The position numbers and the translations under genes are program-made. A stretch of 64,000 nucleotides of DNA, from the NCBI GenBank assembly GCA_050331735.1, contig JBHJGN010000007.1, positions 32,001 through 96,000 of the forward strand, read 5' to 3'. Of this stretch, positions 1 through 9,306 are shown in pieces (position 1 is the stretch's first letter; each line of letters opens with the position of its first letter). Under the pieces are notes generated by a model. The model saw only the letters and a list, made by a program, of their open reading frames with translations, was not told the origin of the DNA and did not search any database. This stretch comes from Cyanophyceae cyanobacterium (GTDB lineage Bacteria > Cyanobacteriota > Cyanobacteriia > Cyanobacteriales > JBHJGN01).

Positions 1-552
1 GCTGAATTTAAGACCTATATTGCCCATACAAAACTGAAATCCTTGCTCCCAGAACCAACGGAATATTGGGTGGGTTGGCAAGAGGCTCCCCAGTTTGAAA
101 TTGTGGCCATTCCAGGGCGCAGACAGGTGAGAAAAACGGCTGCCCAAGGTCCGACCTGGTTACCGCTCAAACCAATGCGCGGCAACTGGGAATGTGCGTG
201 GCAGATAGCCGTTAACGACGCCCAAGATTTACCCGACTGGCAGTATCAAATTGAGTGGATCGAGCGAGAAAAAGCGCACCCCCTCTTCTGGGGACAACGC
301 TCCGTGTCTTCCCATTCCTCAATGCCGAGAATTCTCCGCTTGTTTTCTTGGTTATGGCGCAATCGCTGGCTGCAAGAGGGCCAAGAAGTTGTCGGACGGA
401 ATAACATTAGCGTTGTTACTTTACAATGGGCACCAGAAGACGATGCTAAAGCCGTTGTTCAAGAAATTTACTGGCATCCGCCCTGGAATCCAACTCGTAT
501 CGTTAAAAGCCGCTACTGTGCTTCCCTACAGACCAAACAACCGCTTCTGTAA
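1..552 (+). CDS. 3' part of a gene entering from the left edge; probably cyanobacterial PhoD-like phosphatase C-terminus
   Basis: Frame 1 is open from base 1 (AEFKTYIAHTK...) to TAA at 552; the tail EVVGRNNISVV...QEIYW resembles cyanobacterial PhoD-like proteins as recalled. Confidence 0.5.
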   Translation, partial: AEFKTYIAHTKLKSLLPEPTEYWVGWQEAPQFEIVAIPGRRQVRKTAAQGPTWLPLKPMRGNWECAWQIAVNDAQDLPDWQYQIEWIEREKAHPLFWGQRSVSSHSSMPRILRLFSWLWRNRWLQEGQEVVGRNNISVVTLQWAPEDDAKAVVQEIYWHPPWNPTRIVKSRYCASLQTKQPLL

Positions 553-898
553 GGGCCGCAGGCGCTTGGGGAAGGGGGAAGGGGAAAAGGGGGGAGATAT
601 TTCCCGTTTGTCCAAACTCGCTGCTTTTTGCTCTCTAATCTTTAACTTGTCGCCAGCGTATCAGTTAAGCGCCGATTTTTTTGAGATCTTTAAATTGCTT
701 TTCATTCTGAAGAGGGACGCAATCCGTTGAATTGTAGACACAAATAGAAATAGGGTGGAATTGAAGGAGCGTACGCCATACAAACGCCGCAATTCAGAAA
801 ATTTCATCAGCTATCAAAAATCAACAGTTAACAAACTGGCCATTCTATTCCCTAGTAGGAAATTGATTAATCTCTAATTCTTATTCAAATTCTGCACC

Positions 899-2245
899 AT
901 GTCTTATCAATACGATCTATTTGTAATTGGGGCTGGTCCTGGAGGACTGGCAGCCGCTCAAAGCGGCGCTGCTCAAGGTATCCGCGTTGCCGTAGCCGAA
1001 CAGGAAGACATCGGCGGAACCTGTCAAAATCGGGGCTGCATTCCGAAGAAGCTAATGGTGTATGCCGCCGATTTTTTTCTTCACGAGAAATTAGCCACCA
1101 GCTATAGCCTGAGTCACTGCCAACGACAGATTGACTGGCCGCAGTTTATGGCCAAAGTCCATCAGCACCTCGATAACCTCAACGAAACCTACACAGAAAG
1201 GTTGCAGGAAGCCGGGATCGAAATTATTCGCGGTCGTGCCACTTTAGTGAATGCCCATACAGTTCAAGTCGGCAGCAGCGAATTCACAGTTGATAAAATT
1301 CTGATTGCTGTCGGGAGTCAACCCTTCGTTCCTGATAGCATTACCGGAAAAGAGCTAGCAATTACCTCCCGCGAGATGTTTCATCTGCCAGAAATCCCTA
1401 AGCGATTAGCCGTCATCGGTGGCGGCTACATTGGTGTTGAGTTTACCAGCATGATGAATGCATTTGGCTCCCAAGTCACCCTTATGGATACGGACGAGCT
1501 AATTTTGTCGGGGTTTGATAACGACATTCGCTCTAGCGTCCTGAAGGGGCTTCAGGGCCGAGGCGTTCAGTTTTTAGCAGAAACAACCGCCAAGGAAATT
1601 AAGCAGGAAGCTGATGGACTGACGTTGAGTCTCTCTAGCGATACTCAACCCCTTACGGTCGATCAAGTGCTGATTGCGACGGGACGTGCTCCCAACACGC
1701 GAGGGATTGGCTTAGAGAAAGCGGGAGTGAAAGTCGGCGAGAAGGGGGAAATTCAGGTAGACGAGTACAGCCGCACTACCCAAGAGAATATCTTTGCCGT
1801 TGGTGACTGTACGAACCGAGTTCCCCTGACGCCTGTTGCTAAGGCAGAGGGTCAAGCCGTTATCAAAGCCATCCTCGGTCAGCCAAAAACGGTTGATTAT
1901 GAATGGGTAACATCTGCGGTCTTTGCCCGTCCGGAAGCAGCAACCGTTGGCTACACAGAAGCCGCGGCGCGGGAGCAAGGTCGCCAGATTCGCTGCTACT
2001 ATACCGATTTTCAGCCCCTCCTATACAGCCTCACAGATGCCAACGAGTTTACTAACGCGATGATGAAGCTCGTTGTAGAAGGCGAACAGGAGCGCGTTAT
2101 TGGCGTACACATGGTGGGCGAACATGCTGCCGATATTGTCCAGAGTTTGGCGGTGGCGGTGCGTAAAGGCATTACCAAGCAAGATTTTGACAATACGTTT
2201 GCGATTCATCCAACGACAGCAGAGGAGTTTCTGACCCTTGATTAA
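899..2245 (+). CDS. gor: Glutathione-disulfide reductase
   Basis: GAGPGG FAD site, redox GGTCQNRGCIPKK, GGGYIG NAD(P)H site, C-terminal HPTTAEE. Confidence 0.85.
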   Translation: MSYQYDLFVIGAGPGGLAAAQSGAAQGIRVAVAEQEDIGGTCQNRGCIPKKLMVYAADFFLHEKLATSYSLSHCQRQIDWPQFMAKVHQHLDNLNETYTERLQEAGIEIIRGRATLVNAHTVQVGSSEFTVDKILIAVGSQPFVPDSITGKELAITSREMFHLPEIPKRLAVIGGGYIGVEFTSMMNAFGSQVTLMDTDELILSGFDNDIRSSVLKGLQGRGVQFLAETTAKEIKQEADGLTLSLSSDTQPLTVDQVLIATGRAPNTRGIGLEKAGVKVGEKGEIQVDEYSRTTQENIFAVGDCTNRVPLTPVAKAEGQAVIKAILGQPKTVDYEWVTSAVFARPEAATVGYTEAAAREQGRQIRCYYTDFQPLLYSLTDANEFTNAMMKLVVEGEQERVIGVHMVGEHAADIVQSLAVAVRKGITKQDFDNTFAIHPTTAEEFLTLD

Positions 2246-3134
2246 CACAGTCCCTCCCGTCGGCATCGGCGGAACGGTTAACAGCTACCCGTGGACCTGG
2301 GCAGGTCAGTCCTATCAAATTGCGTATGAAACTCGGGGAGAAGGTAGCCCGGTACTGTTGCTGCCCGCCTTCAGTACCGTTTCCACCCGCAGTGAACTAC
2401 GCCGCGTGGCGGAGCGATTATCAGCCAAATATCAGGCGATCGCCCTCGACTGGCTCGGATTTGGCGAGTCGGATCGTCCGCCGATTGAGTATTGCGCCGC
2501 ACTTTACCATCAGCTCCTACAGGACTTTGTTACTCATGTGCTCCCCACTCCTGCGGCAGTCGTAGCGGCAGGACATGCGGCGGGCTACGCGATGCAGCTA
2601 GCTCAATCTCAAGTCTTTACGCGGATTGTGCTAGCAGCCCCCACCTGGCGAGGACCGTTCACGGTCATGGGGGCGCCAGATTGGGTGACTAGTGGGCTAC
2701 GAGAGTTAGTGCGATCGCCTCTATTGGGTCCGACTCTTTACTCTCTCAATACTGCCCCGACATTTCTCCGCACCATGTACGAAAGCCATGTTTATACCAA
2801 CAAAGAGTTACTGACGGCAGATTTTATTGACCAGAAGTATCAAGTGACTCAGCACCCCGGCGGCAGATACGCTCCGGTGGCCTTTGTCACGGGTGCCCTC
2901 GATCCGGTGCAATCCCAGCCCGAGTTTCTGGCGCTGTTTCAGCCGCCTCCAGTTCCCGTGCTAACGGTGATCGCCGAACAAGCCCCCGCCGCTTCTAAAG
3001 CAGAGATGAAGGCAATCGGCTACTGTTCTGGGGTAGAAACCAGAAGACTCCCCGGTGCTTTAGGTCTCTACGAAGAGTACGCCGATGAACTCGCCGATAT
3101 TACTCTAGAATTTCTGGGTCGAGCTAGCTCATGA
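2238..3134 (+). CDS. Alpha/beta fold hydrolase
   Basis: PVLLLPAF, ALDWLGFGESDRP motif; overlaps the gor stop. Confidence 0.85.
   Translation: MINTVPPVGIGGTVNSYPWTWAGQSYQIAYETRGEGSPVLLLPAFSTVSTRSELRRVAERLSAKYQAIALDWLGFGESDRPPIEYCAALYHQLLQDFVTHVLPTPAAVVAAGHAAGYAMQLAQSQVFTRIVLAAPTWRGPFTVMGAPDWVTSGLRELVRSPLLGPTLYSLNTAPTFLRTMYESHVYTNKELLTADFIDQKYQVTQHPGGRYAPVAFVTGALDPVQSQPEFLALFQPPPVPVLTVIAEQAPAASKAEMKAIGYCSGVETRRLPGALGLYEEYADELADITLEFLGRASS
2436..2443. repeat. HIP1 octamer GCGATCGC (example; many copies, e.g. 5347, 14650, 14854, 17105)
   Basis: Recurs throughout the window; none seen in the tnpB element or the acyltransferase gene. Confidence 0.9.
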
Positions 3135-3648
3135 TTCCCTTTCTCTGTCCCGCACCGGACTTCCCTTTCTCGAAGTGTTGACGCTCGTGAATCAAACCGA
3201 CTTAGCCTTTACCTCTGCCCTAGAGCAAGCCCAGTTGATTCGTCAGCGGCAAGTATCGCCTTTAGAAATCACGGAGCTTTATTTAGAACGAATTGAGCGC
3301 CTGAATCCTTCCCTCGGCAGCTTTTTCACCGTCGCCTCCGAGATAGCAATTGCTGATGCTGAAGCCAAAACTGAACAGCTAGCGCAAACGAAAGATTTAA
3401 CTGCGCTGCCGGCGTTTTTCGGCGTTCCTACCGCGATCAAAGATCTGAACAATGTAGCGGGAATGCCCTGCTCCTACGGAGTCCAGGCGCTCAAAGAGAG
3501 TCTGGCTACCGATGATGATGGAGTAGTCATGAAAATGAAGACAGCCGGGTTCATTATTTTAGGAAAGTCAGCAACCTCAGAACGATAACGCGGCTATTCC
3601 CGTCTTCAGCGGAGCAAGGCGGGGCAGGATAGCGGGAAAATCAAGGGT

Positions 3649-3786
3649 TCAATGCCCTTGATTTTTCCAATCATACCGTCTGATTATCTCTCTAATCGCT
3701 TCATTAAGAGACATTTCAGCATATTGGGCAAACTCTTTCACTTTCTCATGCTCCACATCCGAAACTCTTAAAGTCAGTCTTTTCAT
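3649..3786 (-). CDS. 45-aa ribbon-helix-helix (CopG/Arc-like) DNA-binding protein inside the IS, divergent from tnpB (below ORF-track cutoff)
   Basis: Manual translation MKRLTLRVSDVEHEKVKEFAQYAEMSLNEAIREIIRRYDWKNQGH; alternating beta-strand, helix, turn, S-L-N-E-A-I-R helix pattern. Confidence 0.75.
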   Translation of the reverse strand: MKRLTLRVSDVEHEKVKEFAQYAEMSLNEAIREIIRRYDWKNQGH

Positions 3787-3819
3787 GACACCGCTGTTAG
3801 TGGTACAATCAGTGTCATG
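3784..3819. promoter_or_regulatory. Divergent control region: inverted repeat CATGACAC/GTGTCATG containing both start codons, with extended -10 TGGTACAAT (3801-3809)
   Basis: Read directly from the sequence; the -10 lies 7 nt before the tnpB ATG, implying a leaderless transcript. Confidence 0.6.
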
Positions 3820-5109
3820 TTAACACGAAGAGTCACCTATCGACTGTATCCAACCCGCTCCCAAGCTAACAAGCTACACTGGGCGCGGAAAGCTCACTGC
3901 GACCTTTACAATGCAGCGATTGCTAACCGGAGGACGCAGTACAAACGGTTTGGACATTCAGTAGGTTATTTGGAGCAGCAAAACTCACTGCCAGCCTTTA
4001 AAGAGGTGTGGTACGAATACAAAGAGTTTGGCTGTCACGCTTTACAGGCGACGTTGAAACGAGTCGATTTTGCTTACAAGCGCTTCTTCAAGGGACTTGG
4101 AGGCTATCCTAAGTTTAAAGCTAAGCGATTCTATCGTGGCTGGACTTACCCGTGTAAACAGAGCTGGAAAGCGCATACCAGTGGGGTTAACGGTTCTCTT
4201 GAGCTTCGGGACTTAGGATTAAAGCTCAAGATGCGGGGACAAGCTCGAACCTGGGGAACTCCTAGCACTTGCACAATCTTTTTCCATCAAGGGAGGTGGT
4301 ACGCTTCTATCACTGTCAAATGCCTTCCTGAACGCGATACGGACAGTGGTGCTGTTGGCATTGACTTGGGTTGCAAGGATGCCGTAACGCTTTCTACTGC
4401 CGCCAAACTTTTGCCGAATGCATTCGGCAAAACAACTGGCGGGGGGGAAAAGATAGCTAAGCCAGAGTTCATTAAGGAGGGACAGCGCAAAGTTAAAGCA
4501 GCATCGAAGCGACTGAGGCGTAAGAGAGCGCCCAACCGGAACAAACGCATAAAAGCTTCCCGGCGCTGGAAGCGTGAGAGAGCCAAGGTTTCTCAACTAC
4601 AAAGGAAGGTAGCTCGTCAGCGCGAAGACTGGCTACATCAGATGACCAGCAGCATAGTTAGCCGTAATAGCCTAGTTGCTGGCGAACAGCTCAACGTGAA
4701 GGGCATGACCCGCAAGGGTAAACGCAAGTGCAAACGGGGTTTGAACCGCTCTATCCTAGAGGTCGGGTTTGGCACGATTGGGGGACTGCTTGACTACAAG
4801 CTCAAAGAGGCAGGAGGCATCTACCTTGAGTCGTCTACCCGCACCCTCAAGCCAACTCAGAGGTGTGCTAAGTGCTGGAAACTAACTCCTAAATCTCTTT
4901 CAGATAGAGTTCATGTTTGTCAGCACTGCCAGCATACCGAAGATCGTGACATCAATGCCGCTCAAGTCAACCTGGCTTGGGCAAGGGGGCAGGAACTGTC
5001 CTCTTTATCCGTCGAGTCGCCTAGCTCTACTGATTGTGGAAGCATGAAGCAACTAGGGGCGTTGAAGCGGAAGAAACTCCGTCCTCAGCCGTCAGGCAGG
5101 GCGGGGTAG
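3817..5109 (+). CDS. tnpB: RNA-guided endonuclease TnpB
   Basis: YRLYPT N-terminus, RuvC-I GIDLG, RuvC-II GEQLNV, Zn ribbon CAKC/CQHC, RuvC-III DRDINAA. Confidence 0.95.
   Translation: MLTRRVTYRLYPTRSQANKLHWARKAHCDLYNAAIANRRTQYKRFGHSVGYLEQQNSLPAFKEVWYEYKEFGCHALQATLKRVDFAYKRFFKGLGGYPKFKAKRFYRGWTYPCKQSWKAHTSGVNGSLELRDLGLKLKMRGQARTWGTPSTCTIFFHQGRWYASITVKCLPERDTDSGAVGIDLGCKDAVTLSTAAKLLPNAFGKTTGGGEKIAKPEFIKEGQRKVKAASKRLRRKRAPNRNKRIKASRRWKRERAKVSQLQRKVARQREDWLHQMTSSIVSRNSLVAGEQLNVKGMTRKGKRKCKRGLNRSILEVGFGTIGGLLDYKLKEAGGIYLESSTRTLKPTQRCAKCWKLTPKSLSDRVHVCQHCQHTEDRDINAAQVNLAWARGQELSSLSVESPSSTDCGSMKQLGALKRKKLRPQPSGRAG
4400..4442. repeat. In-frame hairpin insert within tnpB with perfect 24-bp palindrome TTTTGCCGAATGCATTCGGCAAAA (4409-4432)
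   Basis: Outer arms CCGCCA/TGGCGG; adds about 15 aa (AAKLLPNAFGKTTGG) between TLST and GEKI. Confidence 0.75.
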
Positions 5110-5132
5110 TTCATTTAGGCTCTTTACCCTAC
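4980..5132 (+). ncRNA. Predicted omegaRNA (reRNA) scaffold overlapping the tnpB 3' end, with guide read from the flank beyond 5114; 5' boundary approximate
   Basis: Stacked stems (AAGGGGGCAG/CTGTCCTCTT, CCTAG/CTAGG, right-end hairpin); known architecture of TnpB loci. Confidence 0.6.
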
Positions 5133-6208
5133 ACAGAACCGAGAGGTTTTCTGCCAACGCGCCATCCCTGGAACTTGGACTATACGGCTGGAGGTTCCAG
5201 TGGCGGAGCCGCCTCAGCCGTCGCGGCGGGGTTATGTCCTGTCGCTCACGGTTCGGACGGCGGTGGTTCGCTGCGCGGTCCCGCTGCCTGCTGTGGGTTA
5301 GTGGGCATTAAACCAGCGAGAGGTCGAGTCTCTCATGCCCCAGTTGGCGATCGCCAAAGCGGGATCTCTTCCGACGGTCCCCTCGCTTGTACCGTTACTG
5401 ATGCGGCGGCCTTACTAGATATCATGTCTGGCTACATTCCTGGCAACCCTTACTGGCTGCCAGAGTCGGAATCTTTTTTAGCAGCTACCCAAACCGATCC
5501 TCAACCGTTACGCATTGCGTTTTCTCTGGCTGTTTCTCCTGTGGGAGAGGCCGCGGCAGAGATTCAGCAGAGCGTTATAGAGATCGTAGAATTACTCGCC
5601 ATGATGGGTCACGTTGTTGAACCGGACTGTCCTGACTTTAGCGAGTTAGTCGAGCCGTTTATTCAGGTTTGGTCTGCTGGCGTGGCCGCTGCTGGTTTGC
5701 CCCTCGAGGCCCTAAGTCCGATGAATGGCTGGATTGCTCAACAGTCTGGACATGCCGGAGAGTATCTTCAGGCCGTCACTAAAATGCAGATTGTCGCGCG
5801 GCAAATCGTGCAGTTTTTCGACGCCGTGGACGTATTGGTGCTGCCGACCTATATGCATCCCCCCATTCGCATCGGGGAATGGAGCCAGCTAGAACCCGAA
5901 GCAACGCTCCGCCAGATTATTCACTGGATTGCTCCCTGTCCGCCCTTCAACGCCAGTGGCCTGCCTGCGATCGCCCTTCCTACTGGTTTCGACTCCCGTG
6001 ACTTGCCCAGGAGCGTTCAGTTGGTCGGCAAACCCGCAGCAGAGTCTACTCTGTTTTCTCTCGCGGCCCAGATTGAGTCCGCTCAACCCTGGAGCCACCA
6101 TCGCCCTGCTGTTGCGGCTTAAGACTCGTCACTCTTGATAATTCCCTTTCCCCTTTACCCCTGTTTCCTCACCCAATTTCTGTATAGTTCCGACACAGAA
6201 TCAGGGAA

Positions 6209-7231
<1,023 letters not shown>

Positions 7232-7299
7232 TCATATTGCAAGCTTACAATTTTACCGTATAACTGGAGACTAGATAAACTAGCTCACAGAATTTTTGA

Positions 7300-7699
7300 T
7301 GGGGGCAGAGGGACTTGAACCCTCACGACCTTTTACGGTCAACGGATTTTCATTCTCGTGCAGCTTTCGCTACTGCCGTAAGTAGTGGCTTTGAGAATTG
7401 GACTCTCCCTTTACCCTCAGCGCCTGTTGCCTGTTAGGGTAGCTCCCGTCGAGTCTCTGCACCTTCCAAAGCAGCGATCGGTGACTAGAGATCAGCGTGG
7501 ATTGAGCTCGGAATAGTTGAGCAAGCAAGCACCTGATGACTTACCCAGTGACCAATAACTGGCTGTTGGCTTGGCTCAGGATTGCCGTGTCTGAATCAGA
7601 GTTAGGTTTCCCTGAGTTTGAGAGCGGTCACTCAATCAATTTCTCGATCGAGGCTCAATTTGCTTAAGTCCGTAGCGTCTACCATTCCGCCACGCCCCC
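7300..7699 (-). tRNA. trnL: tRNA-Leu(UAA) split by a group I intron (exons 7699-7666 and 7350-7300)
   Basis: 5' exon GGGGGCGTGGCGGAATGGTAGACGCTACGGACTT (34 nt); 3' exon AAAATCCG...GGTTCAAGTCCCTCTGCCCCCA; anticodon U|AA. Confidence 0.96.
7351..7665 (-). ncRNA. Self-splicing group I intron (trnL type), 315 nt
   Basis: Conserved trnL-intron elements AATTGAGCC, CTCAAACTCAGGGAAACCTAA, GGTGCAGAGACTCGACGGGAG, GAGAGTCCAAT; terminal G after U34. Confidence 0.95.
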
Positions 7700-7840
7700 G
7701 CAATACGATTGTACGCATTTATCTATTTGAACATCAACCGGAAGATTGTGCAACTCCAATTTTTAAGCCCCCACCTCCGTTAACAAGTTAGAATAATTAA
7801 GATTTCTAGCTACTGTAGCCTCACTGTTACTGACACCACT

Positions 7841-8071
7841 ATGCTAATTTCAGAAACGACAATTGCTGCTCTTCTCTACTTAGGACTCAGCGGACTTTAT
7901 CTGTTGATTGTTCCCGGTGTCGTCTATTTCTATCTTCAGAAACGATGGTATGTTGCCAGTTCCTTTGAGCGGAGCTTCATGTACTTTTTGGTATTCTTTT
8001 TCTTTCCTGGCCTGTTGTTGCTCGCTCCCTTTCTCAATTTTCGTCCCAAGCGGCGAGAAATTAAAGCCTAG
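7841..8071 (+). CDS. ndhL: NDH-1 subunit L
   Basis: 76 aa, two TM segments, [10 protein letters not shown]...[18 protein letters not shown]. Confidence 0.93.
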   Translation: MLISETTIAALLYLGLSGLYLLIVPGVVYFYLQKRWYVASSFERSFMYFLVFFFFPGLLLLAPFLNFRPKRREIKA

Positions 8072-8118
8072 CGGTGCTTAGAGCAAAATGTTCTCTTGAT
8101 AACGATTACAGTGTTGGC

Positions 8119-8445
8119 ATGCGGCGTATTGATGCAATCGGAATTTCTTTTGGTGTTTTTGTTGCTGGGGGCGCTGCCTACCTACTGCTCAAGTTTGCTG
8201 GCTTAGACGGACTATCGGCAGGAATTTGGGCGCAGTTGTTGCTGGTGCTGGGGTTAATCGGCTGGACTGCTACCTATCTATTTCGCGTGGGCACCAAAAG
8301 CATGACCTACAACCAGCAGCTAGCAGAATACAAAGAAGCTGTGCTTCAAAAACGCTTAGCAGAAATGTCACCAGAAGAACTAGAAAAGCTTCAGGCAGAA
8401 GTTGAGCAGGAAGAAGGGGGAAAGTCAGTAAGCAGTGAGCAGTGA
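8119..8445 (+). CDS. DUF3007-family membrane protein
   Basis: MRRIDAIGI...MTYNQQL...LQKRLAEMSPEEL; usual ndhL neighbour. Confidence 0.85.
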   Translation: MRRIDAIGISFGVFVAGGAAYLLLKFAGLDGLSAGIWAQLLLVLGLIGWTATYLFRVGTKSMTYNQQLAEYKEAVLQKRLAEMSPEELEKLQAEVEQEEGGKSVSSEQ

Positions 8446-8529
8446 CCGATTAGACACTAACTTAAGCACGATGGTCCTCTCACGAAGCGCAATTAATGAT
8501 CGCTGGTAACTGATAGAGGCGGAGGAAAA

Positions 8530-8901
8530 ATGAAAAGCTTAGTTCCTTTACTGGCAAGGATATTTCTGTCAGCAATTTTTATTAAGTCTGGGGTTGATAA
8601 GATTATTAGCCCTCAAGGAACTGTGCAAACGATTCAGTCTCAGGGAATTCCTGGAGCGAACGTGCTGGTTATCCTCACCATTATTGTGCTGTTGGTCGGT
8701 GGGGTTCTTGTCTTGTTGGGATGGCAATCTCGGCTGGGGGCTCTCTTGCTCATTGGATTCTTGATTCCAACTACTTTAATTTTTCATACCAACTTTGCTG
8801 AGTCTTCTCAGCAAATTGCGTTTTTGAAAAACCTGGGACTCATCGGCGGTTTACTAATGATCGTGGCGTTTGGTCCAGGAACGGCTAGTGTAGATTGGTA
8901 G
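8530..8901 (+). CDS. DoxX-family membrane protein
   Basis: ARIFLSAIFIKSG, FLKNLGLIGGLL. Confidence 0.88.
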   Translation: MKSLVPLLARIFLSAIFIKSGVDKIISPQGTVQTIQSQGIPGANVLVILTIIVLLVGGVLVLLGWQSRLGALLLIGFLIPTTLIFHTNFAESSQQIAFLKNLGLIGGLLMIVAFGPGTASVDW

Positions 8902-9306
8902 GGATCAGCCAAATATTGACGAAGAGCTCATAACACATCGCGAGCGGATGTTAAGTCAATTTATCTAGTGATGTAATGACGCTTTGCTGTCTGGAGTTAG
9001 TTTTGACATTGACCTGAATTCTCATCATTTTGCCAATTCTCAACGCCTATCTATAGGAGGCGAATTTGTTTTAATCAAAGCGCTTGGGAGTAAACACCAG
9101 GGGTGCCTGTAGACGATCTTCCCGATTCCCTCGCCGATCATTGTTACCTATCAATAACGCGCGGAACTTCCCACCTCACTTTCTAGTTCGTATATCTTGG
9201 TGCTATACCAATTCCGCTTAGCAGAGATTACTATTGCCAGTGACAGTCAATTCTACCGCGAACAGCTATTCTTGCTGATTGGGTTATTAACGGGTGAGCA
9301 AACAAC

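Larger units (their letters stand above)
3583..5114 (+). mobile_element. Non-autonomous IS200/IS605-family (IS1341-like, tnpB without tnpA) element, 1532 bp, no target duplication
   Basis: Precise interruption of the amidase; related subterminal hairpins at 3598-3624 and 5077-5106; ends ...GTAGTTCAT; tnpB inside. Confidence 0.92.
3187..6122 (+). pseudogene. Amidase-signature family amidase interrupted by an IS (5' half 3187-3582, 3' half 5115-6122)
   Basis: Halves rejoin in frame as GKSATSE|LGSLPYTE; GVPTAIKDL is in the 5' half, GGSSGG and GSDGGGSLRGPA in the 3' half. Confidence 0.92.

Noticed and set aside
251..730. 159-aa ORF
   Set aside because: It overlaps the more plausible frame-1 gene and runs through heptamer repeats (GKGEGEKGG)
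3583..3816. IStron (group I intron-IS chimera) that would splice out of the amidase mRNA
   Set aside because: The left region is only 234 nt, is filled by end hairpins and the RHH ORF, shows no group I core motifs, and the element ends in T rather than the terminal G
5034..5114. N-terminus of the 362-aa ORF as an independent amidase start
   Set aside because: The first 27 codons are IS right-end DNA; the catalytic Lys region lies in the 5' half
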